Positions 38,914 to 51,200 of a stretch of DNA of 64,000 nt are shown in pieces (within the stretch, counting starts at the first letter, position 1; every line of letters starts with the position of its first letter). The notes beneath the pieces are model-generated. The model saw only the letters and a list, made by a program, of their open reading frames with translations. It was not told the DNA's origin and did no database searches. Both the position numbers and the translations under genes were made by a program. The DNA is taken from the NCBI RefSeq assembly GCF_964204645.1, contig NC_134035.1, forward strand, positions 1,798,001 through 1,862,000, read 5' to 3'. This DNA is from Tubulanus polymorphus. Lineage: Eukaryota; Animalia; Nemertea.

Positions 38914-40037
38914 GATTCACGGGATAAAGAACCGTTTAGATGCGAGTGTTGGAACACGAATTTAGATGAAATAAATCCAAAAAGATATACAAAATGTCTT
39001 ATTCATTAGACTAGTCTTTTCATTTGTCATTCAGTGTTGTTAACACGGCGGAATTATCATCCACACTTAACAAAAATCAATTTCCGCCAGTGTAAATTTA
39101 CCACAATTCACTCAGAATGAAGGAAGTTTATTAATGCGTAACATGTAAAATGTGACTAAATTGAATATAACTTATGAACACGGCAAAAAATCTCTGGTGA
39201 AATATATCTACAATCGGTTCACTTATGAAGTTAACTTATATACAACTGTAGAACTCTTGGGTGAAATATCTGGTCATTTCTGTAGCTGTGTGGTCTGTTA
39301 TTGTTAGCTTGATCATCATTTTTTTTCTAAATACTGTACAGGGTAGATAGGCGGCTGGCCGGGTCAACTTGTGAGCTCAGCAGAGCGGAGAAACGAGGAA
39401 TGATTTTTAGCCTTACAACACCGAACAAATAAACACAAACATTCACAGATCAAACTAAACCTATATTTATTTAATTCATTTTGATTAAGTACAGAATGAG
39501 TAAATGTGTTTTATATGCAGCAAACTACATAATAATACGTCATATGTTGTATAATAACTACGGTAGGTCAATCAGGGGTGGATAATTGGAAGGCCGGGGA
39601 CCAGAACAAAAGAGGCATTTCTCGGTTAAAGCTGCCAAGTCAAAGGCCTCTATTTGGGTCCCGTGTGGTTCCGCCCTCAGTGTTCAATATTTTTGAAGAA
39701 ATGCATCCGAAAGGTTGCAGTTCCTGAGTGGATGAGTGCCAGGTTTCAACGATCTCTGTCTCGTCGAAAAAGGCAACCTCAATGGGAAGACAGGGATCCT
39801 GAACCCCGAGACCATTCCCTAAATCCACCCGTCAATAATACATCAACAACTAGGTCAACGCTGGATGGATCTGAGTGCAAAAAATAAATTGATATTCTGG
39901 TGTCATGTGATGAGAAAAATCCTGAGCATTTTATGAACAAGTACCTGATTCAGAACCCAGGCGCGTTGGAAGCAGCCAATTGCCGATTTTTGACAGGTTC
40001 GAATACATTGCTGCGGCAGATTTACTTCAATATCATC

Positions 40038-41305
40038 AACTAGGGGTCCAGGGACACCATGCCCACTTGGGAAGTGGTTCCAAATGCTCAACAATCTAAC
40101 AATTTCAATATTCAACGCCCCCTGGTGACCATATACAGAATCCAATGACCTTGAAACTTACAACAATCATAGAACATGTCAGCAGCTACGATTTTGTAAT
40201 TGATTGTGATAACAAAATATGCCTCGTTACCAATTTAATATGGAAATACTAAGTTATTCTACTATTCAACGCCTCCTGGTGACCATATTCAAAACCCAAT
40301 GACCTTGAAACTCACCACAATCATAGAACATGTCACGAACTATAACTTTGTAATTGATCATGGTAACAAAATATGCCTAGGTACCAATATAATAAGGAAA
40401 TACTAAGTTATTCTACTATTCAACGCCCCCTGGTGACCATATAGAATAACTAATGGCCTTAAAACTTGCCACAATCATAGATGATGTCATGAGCTACAAC
40501 TTTGCAATTGATTGTGGTTACAAAATATGCATTGATACGAATATAATATAGAAATACTAAGATATTGCATTATTCAACGCCCCCTGGTGGCCATATCGGA
40601 AAACCAATGACCTTGAAACTCACCACAATCATAGAACACGTTATGAGCTACAACTTTCTAAATGATTGTGGTAACAAAATACGCTTAGGTATCAATAAAA
40701 TGTGGAAAAACTTTTTCCCACTTACGAATGAGTACTGCTGACACCAAGATGGCCGCCAATTGCGTCATAATTGGCTGATGAAAAATACCTGTCTCAGGTA
40801 TAAAACATCCCTTTCCAAAGAATACCCATCACAAATTGCAATGAGAAATGATAAACCAGTAGGAAGCTACAGGACTCAGAATTTGGGCCAAAATTAACAT
40901 TTTTGGGCACTAAAAAGGTCATAGGACGGCCATCTTGAGTCTGATCGACCCAATTTTTGTTATGCTGATGGGCCCTGGGGGAATTCACATATATCCGAAA
41001 GATCAAGGTAATTGATCAAAGCGTCTTTAAAATTTCCCTCAAAAAGTTCAAAAATGTGTAAAAAGTGCTGATTTTGGCGAACAACAATGGCTGCCAGTCA
41101 GCCATCTTGAATCTGACGGGGCCAGTTTTTGGGCTGAAGATGTGTCTAGGGTAGATAGATGTGTAACCCAAATATCAAGACATTACCTTGAAGCGTCTTC
41201 AAAACTTCCCAAAATAACTGGATTCCGTCTACGGACGGACAGATGGACGACGGACGAAAAGTAAACGCAATAGCCCGCTGGGACTAAAGTCCCAAGTGGG
41301 CTAAA
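40038..41305. mobile_element. Non-autonomous Helentron-type element (HINE/DINE-1-like) with internal satellite
   Basis: 11-bp subTIR GCCCACTTGGG (40061-40071)/CCCAAGTGGGC (41291-41301), terminal hairpin, (ACGG/GACG)n microsatellite at ~41231-41257, inserted in an A/T run without TSD; absent from the paralogous site at 35540. Confidence 0.85.
40090..40705 (+). repeat. 154-bp tandem repeat x4 inside the Helentron-type element
   Basis: TTCAACGCC(C/T)CCTGGTG at 40111, 40265, 40419, 40573. Confidence 0.92.
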
Positions 41306-42483
41306 AACACGGCATCCACAGGAAAAAAAACGTCTGTCAGTTAATTATTGCCACCGCTGCCACTTCCAACGCCACTGGAACTGATGCACTTCAGGTGCAC
41401 AATTTCCTAATATAATACTGCTTGGTATTTTCAGTACCAACCGGTGGTAAAGACACAAAAAAATTCAGATTCAAAAATTCATACAAAAAAAATCAAAGAA
41501 ATCGAAAAACATGTCAACAAAAACTCTGATGCAAATAGATTTGAGAAAAAAGCATGCACAAAAAACCCAGGGCTGCCCACCTCTGAAAAGTGCTATCAGT
41601 AACATTTTTTTTCAGTAACATTTCATTGAAATATGAAAGAAAATACTTAAATTAATCAGTAATCAAAATTAAGACCCTCAGTAATCTGTCATATTTCTGT
41701 TCAAATTAATCTGTAATAAACAGTAAGACCTTCAGTAACATCTTTCATATTTCTGTTCAAATTAATCTGTAATCAAAAGTAAGACCCTCAATAATCTTTC
41801 ATATTTCTGTACGCGTCAAAAAAGTCAAATCAGTATTTCCGGTTATAAAAGAGTTACAAATACTGAAAATCAGGAACAGTTGGCAGCTCTGAAATCCCCG
41901 AATCACCAGTTAATCCAATGATACGTAATAATGTATGATGAAAAATATACCAAACGTAGATATTATCAAGAATATGTGAATTGTATAAAACCACAGCAGA
42001 ATCGAAACAATGAAAAACATCCATGTTATTCTGGTAGACAGTTTTTCGAATTGTCTTGGATCGTTAACGTAAATGTCTCTTTCATTGCTGATAAAATAGT
42101 TTCAGGTTTCATTTTTTGTTGTGATTCTGCTGTGGTTTTATAGATCATTCGACTCCCTTTTGAAAGTATAATATGTGAATCATTGTAAATATGTCCCTTA
42201 TACATATAAAATAGTTTACCAGAATTGATATTTTTGTAGGGGTGTAAATATATATCTAAAAAAAAACACTAAAAACACCAACAACCTCTGATTAGTCAGA
42301 TCCTAATCTAATGATACATTATGATGAAGAGTATGCCATACCATATGTAGATAGTATCAAGAATATGTGAAGCTTTGTAAATACGTCTCTTAGACAAAAT
42401 ACACTCACAATTAATATATAAATATATATTGAATACAACTAAAAAGCACAAACCTCTACTGTCCTGCCTCCCACTGACAATGA

Positions 42484-42616
42484 GGGGCTGCAGTTGCTCA
42501 AGAGTGGGTTATAGATAACCGGCGGATAAATACCATATAGTAACAATGAACTTTTAATTGTCACTATGTCAACTATCCACTGGTTAACTCTAACCAACTA
42601 TTGAGCAACCGGCCCC
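42484..42616. mobile_element. MITE (GGGG..CAGTTGCTCAA...TTGAGCAACCGGCCCC); relatives at ~59425-59632 and ~63733-64000
   Basis: Inverted termini and shared core ATAGTAACAATGAACTTTTAATTGTCACTATGTCAACTATCCACTG. Confidence 0.75.
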
Positions 42617-42864
42617 AGAACGTTAAAAAAGCAATATCCCAATCAATGTCGATCAGAAATTAAAAAGCACCATAATTATCCCTGCCCTTGCATTACATCA
42701 GAAAAATGGTTAAAACCACTGCAACCATCCCACTGCCATTGTCGATCAAAAGATAAAACCCATCTTTATTGATCGATTAGAAATTGAGTCGAAAGAGTAT
42801 CGCAAAACAAGTCAACACTGATCAATGCCGGCAGTACTGTGTCGGCAGACGACGATATCGATTT

Positions 42865-45800
42865 TTAGACGGGATTTTGACGTATTGCTTCGCGTAGAAC
42901 TTCCACCGAGAAATCCACATCGGCTTTCGTAATACACATCGGCGGTTTAATACGCAGAACCTGAGGAAAAAATAATCAATAAACTCACGTTAATTGATAT
43001 TCGAATACCAGTAGTGGATTCTCTGAAAAATTAGGAATACGTTGCACGAAGAAACCAGTTCAAGCCGTAAGATTAATGAATAGTGAAATTTTCACATTTT
43101 TCACATATTTTCACATTTGTCAGTTTTTTTTTGCATTTTTTCCACATGGATTTTACCCATATTTCATCAAAAAGTTTCTAAATATGAATATTCTGTACAT
43201 AATCGCCTACAGAATATTGGAAGAAACTGCAGAAAACTGTAGCTTTGGCTTTTATGCAATTGCCATATGGTAACATTTTTAAACTCTTTCACATCAATCT
43301 CACGTCTACCGAGTCTAAGCCCATCTTGGTATTGAAACTGATCTAAAAAACTTAATCCTTGAACTGCGCAAATCTGGGTCCAGTTTCACAAAAATGTTTT
43401 GCTTTTGAATCAAATTAAATTTTTCATTCATTAGTTCAATCTTACTCAATTTTTAGGAGTTAAACATTTTTGTGAAACTGCGGCACCGAAGTCATTATCT
43501 GGATCTAAAACTTACGTTGCCATAAAGTCCACCTTTGCCGAGCAAAACTCCCATATTCTTGCACGTTTCCCAGATCGGTATGAATTTATCGGCTGGCAAC
43601 GGTTTTCTAGATTCCTGAAACGAAAATCATCACTTTTACAAATACAAGATTATCTAATTGATTTCATTAGAAAAACTTGTAAATGAGGATTTAATTTCTA
43701 CATTTATTTTCCTAATCAATTCATCTTCTAAATCAGATATATTTTGCTGGTTCGATTTTGTCCGTCTTGTACTGCATCTATTACTGATCTGAACGCAAGT
43801 GAATTAGCTACTTGTCCCAGGACAGGAAAGGGTTAATAGAGGGGGCAGATCTAGGGTCTGATTTAGGGAGGGATGCGTCCTGAAATAGGGCTTATCATAT
43901 AATCAAGAGGGCACCGCTAAAGAAACTCACCGGAAAATATCATCTCATTTTTAAAGACATAGATGACAAACAAGCTGATGAATTTAAACTTTTTAGGTAT
44001 CAGTTTAATATTGTTCTTTTCCCCCATTAATTTTCAGAGCAACTTGACATCATTTCGTGGGGGGGGGGGGGTTAACCCCCTGCTGCCTTCGTGTAATAAA
44101 TACGAATTACCTTATCAGTGACGAATTCCACGCCGATCATAAGTCCTTTCCCTCGCACGTCGCCGACGATTTCGAACTCATCGCGAAGCTTCGCGAGTTC
44201 GGTCAGGCAGTGAGTGCCGACGTCGTGGCTGACCTGTTGACAATTCTCCTCGTCGATGACGTCGAGGACCTTCGAGCCGACCGCGCACGCCATCGGGTTA
44301 CCGCCGTACGTGTTGAAATTATTCGCGCGTCCGAGAACTTCGGCGATTTCCGGCGTGGTTACGACGGCTGCGAGCGGGAATCCATTACCAATACCTTTCG
44401 CCATTGTGACTGAGAAAATAAAATACGGCGTGAATGAGGACTCTGTATCGTCGACTGTGGCAGTGGAGGGTTCCGCCTACGGGCAAGCGAGGAACCGTCA
44501 GGTTCGCTGTAAGTACGCATCCAATAATTCTACAAATCTATCTATAATTTCTCGAATTCTATGGATGATAGATGAATAAAAATTGCGATTCGAACCTTAA
44601 AGATCAATCAGAGGTTCATCAATGGACAAGATTTGCCTGATTAATAATAAAGGAGGCCAAAAATCTAGATGCAACTTTGTTGCAAATGTACAATATTTCG
44701 ATCGGGTTGTCAAATCGATACGCAGACCATCTCGCAGGAGAGCTGGTGGAACAAGTTCTTCATTAATCTAAGATGTTTGCCACAACATAGCTCTACATAT
44801 ATATTGTAATGCCGACCCAGTTAGACATTCGTGATTTAAAAATTTGAAAAAGATTTGACGCTAGGATTCAAATATTGAGTATTCAACTCATGAATCAAAC
44901 TCTACTCACACGTTAATTGGGTCTAGAACGCTTTGAAAATAATCATACCTATATCGGGCATTGCACCTGCTGCTTCGAAGCCCCAGAAGTGTTCGCCGGT
45001 TCTCCCGAATCCAGTTTGTACCTATCGATAAAATGAATCAATTTAAATCATGCAAATGAAGGGGGAGTCAAGTGAATTAGGTTGCTTTCAGTCGAAGCAT
45101 TAATTTGTAATTAACTTCTGTTTGGAAAACGTCCTTGAATTTTCGAACCAACTCGACGCGTCACACTTCAAAGCGTTGATTCACAGGGCAGGATCCAGGG
45201 AGACTTGTAGAACTCAATCAAATTCTTTGAGTGCCCTTGTTCATTTTGCCAACAAACCCAACAAAAATTGGTGCATTTCAGTGCTAGAGTATACCTAATA
45301 TTGACTTTTTGGACTTTAAAGTGCCTTTTAGGGATGTGACAAGTTCTTGAAGTTCTACAATTGGACTCTGGATCTGCCCCCGATTCATATGCCTAACTCC
45401 TAGCGGAGACAAATATACCTCATCCGAAATACAGAGCCCTCCACGCGATCGAATCAAATCAAATGTCTTCTTGATGTATCCTTTCGGGAATTGTACCGAT
45501 CCGCCGACGCCCTGAAAATAAATGAAGCAATCGACAATAACTAAGGAGCCATTTTTGTAAGGGGCATTGAATTTGATACTCAAGAATGGGATTCTCTTTT
45601 TTGATACAAACCTGAATTGATTCCAGGAAAATACCACCGATTTTACCCTTCGGCGCCGAATGCCTGAGAACATCCTCGACTTGGTCGACGTATTTATCAG
45701 AAGCCTGACATTCACCAGCCGCGCAGTCACACTGACGGTCGACCTGTCATAGTATAGAAACAATCTAACACATGTGAAGTGTGAGGGTTTCCAGTGGTTA

Positions 45801-48282
45801 GGCCAGGGTAAAAAGAAGGACTTGGAAGGATCGCTGGAAACCCTGAGTGCGAACGATCAATGTTTGAAAGTGCGCCGATAAAATATCAAATGCCTGGTGT
45901 AACTGTTTGTAGTTCGTCATCGAGGTGAAGTTCTGAACACATGTGAAGTGTGGACGGATAAGTATTATAGTGATAAAATGTCTAATGTGGTGTTTGTAAT
46001 TCATTTTCAATTCAAAATGTCTCAAATGAAGAACGCATGTAAAGTGTGGATGATCAGAGGTGATATGTTTGGAATGTTTGAGCAGTGTGCAGGGAACAGG
46101 AGAATATCTGCATTAGATTACGAAATAGTCCATTTCCAATACGCATTTAATTCATAAGTCGTAAAAAATTAAACAACTTACCCCCCCCCTTTCAGATTGA
46201 AAATGGAACCTACCTGTACTGGAGAATCTCGGCAATTTGCGCCACCCCAAATTCCGCGGTATGGATCAGCGTTCATCGCCTGAAAGACCCAGGAAATAGC
46301 AGAAAACACTTTTCAGCAGCAGACAAAATTTGACGAAGGCAGGACAGGTCGTTTAAACTTACGTTCAGTATTCCGAATCCTGATGGTAGATTATAGAGCC
46401 ACGGACTGTGAGCGGTTAACTTGAACAACGACGATGCCATTCCGTGGTAGGCATTCCTGTCGAGTTACGTGAGAACATTATTTATATTTTCACTCTATTT
46501 TCAAACTGAATATCTGAAGGGAGCGGGTTATAGGTGGCAAATCAATGCTAACCTGAGTGAAATGATGTCGTAGCATCCCGTATACAGACGCGCCATCGTC
46601 AACGCCAGATCGTTAGCTTCAGAACCACTGTTTACAAACATCACTACCTGAATATTCGAGAAAAAAATATCTGAACATATCATGTCGTGACTTAAGTCCA
46701 AAAGTGGTCTTAAATCTTGGGACTGGTCTTGAGTTGTTAGATCGGCTATAGAACTAAGTTGGTCTTAGACTAGTCTTAAGTCTAAGCCATGACTATGCAA
46801 CCGGCCCCTGACACTACAACATAAGTGAGCGACTCACCTTCAGATTTCCCGGCAATTTGCTGACTAATTTCTGCGCGTATTCGTGAGCCTGTGGATACAT
46901 GTAGATATTTGTCGTGTGCCACAATCTATCGATTTGATCGTGCAACGCTTTATTCACTTTCCTAGATTCGATGAAATAAGAATTAATTTAAGACCATTTC
47001 ATCTTAATTCAGGAAGATAGATAGACTGCCTTCCATACGATTAATAGAATTATTTGATTTCTATACGGTTATTTGGCATCCCTTACAAACCACCACACAT
47101 ACCAAGAATGAGATTATAGGGGTCTGACTTTCAGATTGAAAATATAGTTGAACAGTTGATAGAATTTACATAATCTTTGTTTAACTGCTGAAAGGTTTTT
47201 ATTGTTTCTCGATTCTAATTTCTTAGGGTTTCAATGAATTGCCCAAAATTCACGATTTTTACACAAAAAATTGTGCCTATATATGTACATTCAAAACCCT
47301 GAGGATGGCCATATTGGAGGTAAACATTCACTCAAAACCTAGAATTGGAAATTTTAAGTTTGTGTCTACTGTGATATTAACTACATTAACCCATGGGTTT
47401 TAACTGAAATGAATTGAGAGTTCACCCCCTTGTGGAATACTTACGGGTGACAATGGCCGACGCTGACGGTGACGATTCCACCGAACATGTCCAAATATCG
47501 TTTACCGTAAACGTCCCATAACCACTGCATGTGACCTTGATTAATCATCACCGGTTCTTTATAGAACGTTACCACGTTAATCACCGGATTCAAAACATTG
47601 TCGCGGATTTTTTTCGCGTCGCTGTACGTCATGCCCTGTAAAATACCGTAACGAATACTTTCAGCTTGTTTACTCAATAATTTCCTCGTGCTAGACAATT
47701 GATACGGCTGGATTGTCATCTGTCAAAATATATCATTTCATCACACAAAAGGATCAGCATTGAAAGGGTTCATCCTAAATAGGACAATTTTAACAATACT
47801 GGATATAACAAGATATTGGTTGTAACGAAAATATTTTTCTGGTCCGTTAATGAGACTTCGCTGTAACCCTCAAATTCATAATTCATAATAACTGTGAATC
47901 AGAGCTCTATTGATGCAACAACTTAGTTACGCAAACAACAGAGGACCAAAAATTGTTATAGATGCTAACTCACCTCATACTTCTGAGGCTTGAAGTCGCA
48001 GGGAGGCATTTCAGGAACGGACGAGGCGGAAACATTGCGAACTAACGATCGGGTTGCTGAAGAAAATTGACATAGAAAAGGTCAATGGTAAAAATTAAAT
48101 TGGTTAAAATTCGTTTATGGCAAATTGCCAATTTCATTGTTTTCATTAAGCGTATGTATATTACAACAAACATTCTTCTAAAAGAAACAATCAAACAGAA
48201 AATTAAAGAGATGATGAAGAAGAAATTTCTTACCTAATTTCGACAAGATTTGTCGATGAAACATCGCCGCCTTTACGAGCAT
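42865..48282 (-). CDS. AGXT2: Alanine--glyoxylate aminotransferase 2, mitochondrial (class III PLP aminotransferase), 497 aa
   Basis: 13 GT-AG exons totalling 1494 nt: 48234-48282, 47974-48056, 47445-47635, 46838-46961, 46553-46647, 46363-46456, 46214-46279, 45612-45743, 45419-45511, 44949-45021, 44111-44409, 43516-43614, 42865-42960. Motifs [50 protein letters not shown] (PLP Lys), RIKPPMCIT; basic N-terminal presequence. Confidence 0.96.
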
Positions 48283-51200
48283 TTTTTCAAATATCCGATG
48301 TCCTCGTTATTGTCTACGGCTTTCAGTCACCTGAAACGAGTTTTCAATCACATCGATTTAATCGACTGGTATTTTCAAACCAGGATTACAATTTCATGAC
48401 GCGATAAGGACACAAAATGAAAGTTGTAGCTTTCAGGTGGAATTGAAAACGAACATCTTTATCTTAATATAGAGTTAAGACAAATAAATATCCAGGCCTA
48501 GTGAATAGGAATTTAGAACTAGAATCTAAATATTTTTCTTTCTTTTCCACTATGACAAGTTGCAATATATAATAAATGTCCATCAGTCGAATCTATGCGG
48601 TAATGCGTGAATGACAGATGCGCAATAATGATAGAACTATGTGTGTCCATTATTTGGCTACATTTCATGGTCTACACCGGCATAAAACACAGTGGAAAGT
48701 TTCTCAAAGGTTGGTTAAAAAAAGTGTGGATATTTTGCAATAATTAGGGTTAACCACTCGATATAGTTGACAAAGGGGTTCTAAAAAGTCATAGGCCTAG
48801 CTAATTTTTCTAAACGACTGGTCCCAGAGTAATTTGAAATAAGGCATCATCATGCCAACAGAATGCACCGGGTACTTGTAGCATAAAAAGCAACTGCCAC
48901 AAGCCAAAGGTAAAATTAAAGCACTTGCCATGCTGGTCTATGGTCTTACCGAATGGGAGTTTAGGGTCTACTACCTAAACTACCTTTTTCAGTGTGGTCA
49001 AAATTTCAAAATCATAGATTCGACCCATGATCTTTTTTCATCCCAGCAAAGTTCTTCATAGGTGGTTCCTATGTAAAACGGTCAAATCTTTGTGATTTTA
49101 AACCCCCAGCTATCTTGAAAAGTCCCTGTGGCTGTGTGCTTGTCATAGATGCCGATGGGAAATGCTGACGTGACCGCCCCTGCCAAAAGGGCAAGGCTGG
49201 AGCTGATTTAATCTTCTAATTAAGAAGAATCCCTGGGAAATCTTTTTCATTTTAAATCGAGACTGATTCGAATGTCAATTCTAAACATTCAGAGAAGAAT
49301 GTCGCGCCGTATTAATCAAATTAATTAGGTTTTTCGTTGTTAATTAGCTCTAAAATTAAACTTTGTCTGACCTGCTAGGGCTACGACCTTGGAAACATTC
49401 GCGAGCATCAATTTCAATTCAATTCAACATTTATTCAGTAAATAATCACACAAATTTCAATTTCAATTTATTCATCATATTCCAAAGTATAAGATTGTGA
49501 ATGAAGAAAAACAACAATAACAACAAACAGACAAAAAACAAAAAGGATGTGCAATAAAAGAAAAACAATAAATGATTGAGGCTGAACAGTAATTTGATTA
49601 TAGGCCTATGTAATAGATGAAATGACGGACGCCTTACAGCCATTGATATAATAATATTAGTACTATATACCCGGTAATTCAAGTCAAGATAAAACACTAG
49701 CACCCGTTGACTATTTAATACACAGGCTAAGGGCTCGTATTTGAAGTTTGGGGGTGAACTGTAGCTCAGATCATCCAGTATCCCTGATATAAAAGAATTT
49801 CTAACATTTATTCTGACACATTGCTTTTGTTTATGTCCTGTCAGTTGATATGCTATGTAACTTCCGTTTTCTGGTCATTCCACCTGATGATGGCCGTTAG
49901 TCAACAGTGGAAACGTTGTGGTTGGTTTCATTTTAATAGATTATTTCATAAAAAATTCGAATCGTGCGACTTTTTCCGTCAACAACTGTCAACGGGCCCA
50001 GTGTAATGTGCGAAGTCATTGGTTTTGCCATTCAGTTTATCTTAAATCGATTTAGGCCTTCATCCAGGAGTTGCTATATTAAACTTAACAAATTTCAAAA
50101 TCAATCATATTTATTCTCATACAACAATTATACAAAATGCCAGGAGTGCTCGAGGAATTATAAACACGTGGACTTTCAAAAACAACTAGTCCAACCACCA
50201 TAGGCGTATAAACTATAAATGAGAGTTTATACGCCCATGGTCCAAACATAGACTCCAAAACAAAAAAGTATATGGCCCAACCATGGACTCAATTGTCAAT
50301 GGCCCCCGCACTAAAACAAGAGATAACCCAGGCCAAATACTCTGGAAAGCATAGGATTAAGTAATCAATCTGATTTACATTTTTACATCATTTCATTTCA
50401 CATATCAAATTATTAACATTTACCTTATTTTCTCAAATTATAATAGTAGTTTTATTTCTATTAAAAATGTACTATGTATGAAATTGTACTAACTTTAAAA
50501 AAACAAAAGTTACATGTAAGGTATTTATAAGTCTTTACATATGATACATTTCCACTACAGCTGATTTATACAATTTGCATCAATAGGAAAATAACAAAAA
50601 TACACAAAGAATTGTAAACTTTGATCCATAAAACACCGAAAATTGGACTAGTCTGAAAGTAGTAAGATTGTGAATTTGACAATTCACGAGGTGAATATAA
50701 CCGACACTTTGTTATATTTCATGAAATATGAACCTATCATGTCAACTTTTCAAATGACATCTCAATTATCAAGAAAAAGCTCAACTATATTCGATTAGGG
50801 CCTTAATAAATCAGTGTTTTATGAACGATTGACATGAACATGTTGTTTTTATCCCAACAACAATGTTTATACCTAAATGACAGGTATTTATGTACTCATA
50901 ATTATTTTATGAGTATAGTATTTATGGAAGTGCCTCAGTCATTTACAAAAACATGACCTGTATTTTTTTAAAAAGTCTCCAATATAAAATATAAGAACAT
51001 TAAAACCAGAGATAAAAACACAAATTCAAACTGGAAAGCTTATGATTTACTAAACAGTCTTTGATTTAATTTTCATCAACTTTATTTTACAAGATAACTA
51101 GAGTTTTGTCACCTTTGCTCGGACATGATCAAATTGGTTATTTTCTCACATGTTACATTTAATACAAAGTATTTTGGAGGTATCCTCTTATATGCAATCA

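Larger units (their letters stand above)
38904..42260 (+). repeat. Segmental duplicate of 31958-36020 (ignoring the Copia in the first copy and the Helentron-type element in the second)
   Basis: Colinear near-identity: 31958-33030 ~ 38904-39970; 35470-36020 ~ 39972-40038 plus 41305-42260. Confidence 0.88.

Noticed and set aside
44057-44579. Plus-strand ORFs overlapping AGXT2 (likewise 62763-63116 and 62828-63064 over TGFBRAP1, 29028-29234 and 31441-31641 over GPCRs)
   Set aside because: Shadow frames of GC-rich real exons
45284-46157. Additional genes inside AGXT2 introns
   Set aside because: ORF 45284-45763 is exon 9 plus intron read-through and an off-frame exon; the other ORFs are short with no splice or homology support
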